Shown: positions 57,518 to 64,000 of the stretch, in pieces
Layout: every line of letters starts with the position of its first letter
Numbering within the stretch: position 1 is the stretch's first letter
NCBI GenBank assembly: GCA_047495785.1
Contig: JBLDXI010000013.1
Coordinates: 930,001-994,000, forward strand
Reading direction: 5' to 3'
DNA: 64,000 nt
DNA from: Lepidodermella squamata
Lineage: Eukaryota > Animalia > Gastrotricha
Position numbers and translations under genes: made by a program
Notes under the pieces: generated by a model
Told to the model about the DNA's origin: nothing
The model's database searches: none
The model's input: the letters and a program-made list of their open reading frames with translations, nothing else

Positions 57518-60500
57518 TCAGACTTGTTCTTCACGCATTTCTTCACTGTCACTAGCGGCGCTTTCCGGCACACGTTCGAGCTGATGCGCCCGGGCAGCGG
57601 CGTCGTGATGCGAACTCCTCGGCGACACAGGTTGATGACTCCGAGGGTCCAGAGGCGGCGAAGAGGACGGGTAGTCATCGTCACTGACGACAGAAGACAG
57701 CCCCGGACTTAACGCCTCGTCATCGGGTACTACCCGGTACACATCATGACCGCCAAATTGCGGCTCGTCGTCAGTAGACGCATCCTCTCTAAGGGCTACG
57801 GCTGGCTCGGTGGTTGGGCGCCGCCATGGCAATTGCCGCTCGGCAGCCGTGGGTTGCCGCGGCGGAGACGCAGCGACTTGAATATGAATTCCATCCCCGT
57901 CGTGATGTCCGTTAGTTGGCTGTGTTTCGCTACTTGTTCCAGTGGTGAAGTCTTCCTCAGCACTGCTAGATGCAATGTGCATCTCAAGACCTCCTTCGTC
58001 AATTTCAGTCACCAACGGCCGGCGATGGGAACCATTGCGTTCAGCAGGCCGACCGAACGAAATTGGCGGCACAGCGAGAAGATTCGCTGATTTACGCGTT
58101 GGCCTGGAATCCGTACGGTCGTGGCCGCGTTCTTGCGCATATCGCTTCTGATGACGACTACTGCTAGCCGGAGCGGGTGGTGGAGATAGAGTTGACATCA
58201 GCTCTCGCATTTGCCATCGGGTATTCGGGTTTTGGTTCAAAAAGCTTGGCTCTGAATTAACAAAGAAATAGTCATTTTTAATTTGGGGTAAATTTATGTT
58301 AACCCAATAATGCGTGAAGTGTCCGGCATTTAAAAGAACGACAATTGATTTTGAGTTACAATCCCCGTAATTTATCGTATTTAATGAAACAAAAGCCCTG
58401 GCTTATGCAAAGTTGAAGCCTCGAGAACTACCAAAAAGTGATTTTCTATTTAAGACTAGGCTTGTATTCCAGATAGTGCTAAGCGACAAGGAAACAAAAA
58501 ATAGGACGCGCCAATAGCACTTGTGGCGCGACGTCAGCCATGTCACATTTTCGCAATCAAGCCTTTAATCCAGCATTTACGTCTCCTGCTTTTAGGTGAG
58601 AGCGTGAGGTCCGCATCTTGAGTAGACATCCATATACGATATTCGTAATTGCGCTTTTATCGCCTGTCACAAGTGTTTTAGCGCAGCAAAGAGGGTGCGA
58701 CATACACACCCATGTTACTAATCAAAGTAGGGCTATGCATGTGAAAAATCGAATTTACCCAGGTATGTAAACGATGGCGCTACAATTTCAGCAAATACGG
58801 CATTTCTATTGCTACTTTCGATAAATATCGGTGGTCCCACGCATTAATCGCGAAGTAAAACATGAGGGAATCGAACCCCAAAGGTAAATTAGCAAATATT
58901 CGCTCATACAATTGAACATTTCAAAGAATAAATTGATGGAACAGCGACTGACTTATTACCATAAATTGATAAAATTAAAATGGGGTGAATGTAGATAAAA
59001 TCAGATGTGTTCTGATTATTAAATGAAAATGCTGCCAAAAGCCTTATCACTATCAACAACTCACCATGCTCAACGATAGTGTTCTTGGAAACGATGGCTC
59101 GACTCTTGCCGCGATGTCTTGGCTTGTACATAGCATCGTCGAGAATGTGACGAATTTTCGCGTCATCCATGTCCTTTTTCCGCACAGGAGCGTCGAGAAT
59201 TTGCAAATCGAGCGCGGTTTCGGTGGGCGTGATTGTCGCAGGCATACTTAAATAGGGAAATATGTAACGAATTATCACATACATCTACCGTATAATTTTT
59301 TGTCGTACCCTTCAACGGATAACCGTCGGGAAAATACCATGTTGAGTGCCTCCGCCACAGATTCATGAGTAGTGATTTTAGACGGAACCCTGCCACTCAT
59401 TCCGCTCATTGATAAGCCTCGGCGACTTTGCATGCCGCCAGCCTCAGCGAGTTGAGCGGTCGAGCCGCGTTCTCGTGCACTCTTGATCGCATCTTGTACG
59501 TTCAACTTCGAGAAGGTTTTGATGATACCTTGCTCGCGAGTTTGAGGCACCTCGCGAAGCAATATCGGCTTCAAGAATTTAGCGTCAAACGCTTCCCAGT
59601 TAACCCGCATGTAATGCGACCCATGCACGCCGGCAATATCTTCGATACCGGCCATGGCATGGTCGAGAAGCCGCTCATGAATGCGCTGATTCATAGTAGG
59701 TCTCACTTTTGTGGCTCTTTTAACATGAAGTCCCTCGACCAGGAACCGAATAGTTCCTCCCTGTACGTATACCGTGAAGAATATCACGCCCATACAAGCG
59801 CTTAGAAGAACTTCACGCTCAGGTACCAACTCCTTGTTAATCAAAGCGCACAGTGCGTAGGCAATTGGGCCTCGCAAACCCCCATACGACATGATGAATT
59901 GGTCGAGCCACGTCAATTTTATGGTTCTGAATCTGTTTATGAAAGCTGTTTGAATCACAACTCCTATCGGGCGGTAAACAGCGCAAGCGGCAAGGCTCGT
60001 GAAGAAAAACGCCGCGTTGAAATCGACCAGGTCGAGCACCGAGGTCATACCGATGAACATGAAAACTACAGTTTCCGATACGACGGCCAGCATTTTTACG
60101 GCATAATTAATCGTCGTGGCTGACTTTCGGTGCACGTTTGTGTTGACGTAGCGGCGCATTGTAATCCCGCAAAAAACCGCACTGTGTTAAGTCAAATAAT
60201 AGCTATTATTGATTTTAACGTCATTTTTTTCACACCACTCACGCCATAATTCCCGACATACGCACCATGTCGGCTGTGAGGTAGCTCAGGTAAGCGAAGA
60301 TGAAGATGAAAATTGGTTCGATGACTCGAACATGGTCTAAAAATGTTATTTCACTGGTATTTTCCCCATCATCCGAAGCAAAAATTTACCAGTAAAACGA
60401 GTAACGAATGCGGTCAGCAAGCCGAAGAGTACACCGACCACGGTACCTCCGATTCCAACAACGAAGAACGATATAATGCCGAAAATGATGTCTTGCGTGT

Positions 60501-61735
60501 TAATTGCACCGTGTGTGCTAATTTCCACGAAGCCGTTGAACACATTATACAGAACCTGTAATGGAAAGCACACTTTACATGTAATATTAATGGTTGACAC
60601 AGTTATTTTCAACACAATACAAGGGAGCTGTGGTCAGCAAAACGCACAGCGCTCATATACAAAACTGAGCAGGAAACTGGTCGTCAGAAACATACCACAG
60701 TGACAGCGTCGTTGAGCAATGACTCGCCAAAAACGATGATATACAGCATCTCATTAACATGCACTTCCTCGAAAACGGAAAGCACGCCGACAGGGTCCAC
60801 GGCGGAGATCAGGCTACCATACAACAGGCAGTCCAATACGCCAACTTTGGTGTCTGCAAAAAATATAATATGTATCTTCAAAATCGACGCGGCTCATGCG
60901 GCATTTGATTTTCCACCGAATATATGCCTCACAACTTACAATTTACGGCCTGGCAAACTCCGTAAATCGTCAGCCCAATTGTCATCGCATTGAAAACCGT
61001 CCCAATAACGGCGTAAAGCAATATAGCACCAATGTTGCCGAAAAAGGCTCGATTGGGCATGTGAAATCCTGAGTCGAAAACGATCGGTGGCAGCATGAAA
61101 TAAAAAAATGTGTAAGCGTCGAGTTTATAGTGCTCGCCGCCGACTCCAGAGAACCGTAAAATTAGGCCCAAGATAATTCCCAAAGTTATTAGAGCCGCGC
61201 TTTCGGGAACGTGGCCAGATAACCAAGGGGCCATGTGGAAACCTTGAAAGAAGAACAATACATCGTGTAGGGTTTGATGAAACAGCATGTTTCACTGAAA
61301 CTAACATATTTTCAAAATGCAGGCAGCTAATAACCAACATGTGATGATATACATGGGTTTCACGTGTTCGAACATGAATTCTAAAATTTGAAACCGCGTC
61401 TTCGGCTCCTGGTAATGACCACCGCTAGATTGACCGTGGCCCACAGATGCAGATCCATTGCACACAGGTGGCTTGGGTGTAGAAGAAACGGGGCTAACAT
61501 CTTCAAGAGGAACAGGCGACTCCAATGTGGGATTCAAATAAAGCTCAGTCTCTGAATTTTTAGGCTCGGCTGACAACGGCAAAGACGTGTCCACCAACGG
61601 AACTTCGAATTTATCATCTAATTCCGAAGTATTGTTCACAGCAACAAGCGAGCCATTTTGTCCAACAGTGCATTCAAAATAAAAACACAACAATGAAGTA
61701 AACACACAAAATATCTTTATAAACTCTAATGCCAT
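57518..61735 (-). CDS. Plasma-membrane-type Na+/H+ exchanger (SLC9A1-5/NHE2-3-like), ~979 aa. Exons: 61735-61306, 61242-60940, 60853-60696, 60555-60390, 60336-60243, 60181-59309, 59246-59065, 58251-57518.
   Basis: Signal-peptide-like N-terminus; VPESA; [14 protein letters not shown]; SAVDPVGV; [15 protein letters not shown]; YGGLRG; HAMAGIEDI. The donor at 59308 is inferred from phase. Confidence 0.92.
58581..58616 (-). CDS. Candidate 36-nt cassette exon of the NHE gene (adds [12 protein letters not shown])
   Basis: CTCAAG|ATGCGGACC...AGGAGAC|GTAAAT; phase 1-1; no stop codon. AAG acceptors and a GTAAAT donor are used elsewhere in the same gene. Confidence 0.45.
58759..58779 (-). CDS. Candidate 21-nt cassette microexon of the NHE gene (adds APSFTYL)
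   Basis: TTGTAG|CGCCATCGTTTACATACCTGG|GTAAAT; phase 1-1 matching the host intron; no stop codon. Confidence 0.45.
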
Positions 61736-64000
61736 CTATCGTGAAAAGAAGAAATATAATAGCCGTTCTCAATTTCTCATACTGAGTTATAACCTACAAA
61801 TACACTAAAAAATCACAAAGAACGAAAAAATGATCAGTTTGATGAAACATTGAATATCACGGGAATGACGACGTAAGAACAAAGGCAAATAACATGAGTG
61901 ATTTGGCAGCATTAATACCAAGTTTTGGCATACATACAACACTCAATATTCATTTCTGGTCTTCCTGCTTCCTGCAATAGCATTTGGTACTTGTGACAAG
62001 TTGATGAAAAAGGAGAACGAGTTAGTAAAGAGATAAGAGAGAGAGCAAGACAGTTGACAAGTAGAGTCCAAGTAGACGCATGTTCATAACTTAACATCAA
62101 TTAAGCACTCAAAGAGAAAACAGAAGGGCCCGGGGCCTAACGGCTAACAATTCTCCACAATTTACAGAACATTGCGAGCCAAAATTATGAAATGCGAAAA
62201 ATCCGAAGTTGTGAAAGAGTGCCGTGTGTCGTAGGCGCTAAAAACTCTCGCGTGAGCGCTTTGTGATCATGAGAATCGCAAGCTCTGTAGCATCAGATAA
62301 TTCTGAAGCTGACTATTTAGCTGAAGAGGATGAAAGAACTGTTGACCCCTATGAGTGCATGGCTGTTGGCTGCCTTCCGCGAAATCTGGAGCGGAGAGCA
62401 AACAAACCACTGAGGGGGCGTAAGATCGGCGCACTTTGCTGAGTTACCAGCGGAAAGAGAAAGATCCCGCGCAAACACTTTTAAAATCCATTGGAAAATA
62501 AATTCTACGTAAATCAAAATAATTTTTTGCCTTCAATAATTTGGTCTTTTACAGTGAATTGTGGTAGCTGTTTAAGTTTACATTTTGCCGCATGTTTTTA
62601 ATTTTTTTTTGAAAATGGTTTCTCAGCCATTAGCAGCCGCTGTCACCGCCTGCTAATCCCCATAGCGTCCTTCCGCAGCCCGCAGATACATACGCTTATT
62701 ACGCATCTTTTAAAGTTACGTCGAGCAACTAGGGAACTTACTGGAGAGTGTGAGGTTACACAACAATAACGTCAACAACAAAATGACACCTCGGTGTTGA
62801 CCATTTGTCTTGGGAATAAGTATAATGGGGACTACCGCATATCATGGTTGACATTTTATTCCGATTCGGAAGATTCGAGCGCTGAGTGTTGGCTTCATGA
62901 AACTTCCAGGCAAAAATTCATTTACTGACCAAAATAATCAGGCATTACGTCGTGCGCTCCTTCGATCATCGAACATCCGATATCTTACTTTTCTTTAGCT
63001 TGTTGACATCCATTCCAACCTTGCCATTACTTCGAGCCTTATAACAAGACGGCCTTGGCCCGGCAGCTGTAGACGCGCATCTTGGTCGTCTTTCGACTTG
63101 CGAAGGTGCTTCGGTCACCAGACCGATTTCAGCGAGGAGAATCATCGTCTCATGTTCACCACCGGTTACGTTGATGTGTTCGATTTTATTGATTATGGGT
63201 TGATTATTGATTCCACGTCTTATTGCCGATGTAGCTCCATTTGAGCTTTTGAATATCCTTGTGGGGCAACAAGGAGCCACGGATCGCTCCAGGTAGCCAA
63301 ATAATCAGCAAATCATTGTCGCTTCGGGTGCCTGCCCATACACTGGCCGTAGCTGGTATTGTAACTCCAACCTTAGCACTGGGTAATTTAGATTATGCAA
63401 TGACGCACCCGGGATCTCACTTCGTTGCCACTATATCAGGCGGTTGTTCATAAATCCCAACCGACCAGCACTAGAGCTTTCAACAGCAGCAGACGCCTCG
63501 GTGATGATGAAAATAGCTTCCAGAAAGGAGAAACACAGAGCCGCTGGCAGGATTCCCTTTCCAACCCATCTTATTTCAAACAGAGCGAGAGAGAAATGTC
63601 CGTAATTCCCTCTTGTCCTCTGCTAGAGCGATCGTCGTAGTTACTAGTAGCGTTGGCACATCAAGTGTCCCAACTCTCGAAACCTCAACCGTCCTATCGG
63701 CTTTGGGCCAATCGAGTCATATAGCGCCCAGGTTCACCGGCAGCTTTCAAGACCTATAGAGGACAACTCTGAACGTTTAGTCGTCCCCTATAGCCAACTG
63801 TCGCCACCTTAGCTAAAGTCCACTCGCCGCAGCAGGGTATTAAAACGGGGAATTATAATGCTAGGATCTTCAAGTAAGAAGACAATTTGGTTCTGAGTGA
63901 GAGACTCTCCACAAGGAATACGAATCGCGCCCAATTTAAAATTTAACTCTAAGCGATTTACGAATAGCCGGATGCGAACGAATTTTAGTTTATTAAGAAT

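Noticed and set aside
327-61735. Alternative genetic code, stop readthrough or non-canonical splice sites
   Set aside because: Every apparent in-frame stop falls inside a canonical GT-AG intron, and conserved motifs translate correctly with the standard code.
1-64000. Prokaryotic-type systems (CRISPR arrays, IS elements, defence operons), rRNA or tRNA genes, and an SL RNA gene
   Set aside because: The DNA is intron-containing animal sequence. I saw no repeat-spacer array, cloverleaf, rRNA motif or convincing leader-GT-Sm-site unit, though a small ncRNA could be missed by eye.

Overview
Eukaryotic, animal-type genomic DNA from an organism with very compact introns (almost all GT-AG, mostly 47-70 nt) and no visible CpG depletion. 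I cannot identify the organism from the sequence. Nine intron-resolved protein-coding genes can be rebuilt by hand from splice sites and reading frame. In order: ZFHX3/4 (zfh2)-like 4-homeodomain zinc-finger factor (-), then a ~15 kb non-coding regulatory desert, KIF17/OSM-3 kinesin-2 (-), a giant ~4,600-aa ABCA transporter (+), GNB1L/ASA1-like WD40 (-), SPCA/ATP2C1 Ca2+/Mn2+ pump (-), KLHDC4 (-), transaldolase (-), Polycomb/CBX (+) and a plasma-membrane-type Na+/H+ exchanger (-). The most interesting signals are: (1) an operon-like KLHDC4-ATP2C1 junction (stop, AATAAA, U-rich tract and splice acceptor within ~100 nt), with unpaired acceptors just upstream of most start codons, suggesting SL trans-splicing; (2) a 71-codon AUG-less in-frame N-terminal extension of ATP2C1 that begins exactly after a TAG acceptor and contains a Kozak-context ACG; (3) an ABCA ectodomain built from repeated Cys-paired ABCA1-like modules and punctuated by four furin-type sites; (4) two hidden frame-preserving microexon candidates in the last NHE intron; (5) a MITE-like inverted repeat in the zfh2 desert. 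All gene models are manual and lack transcript support.
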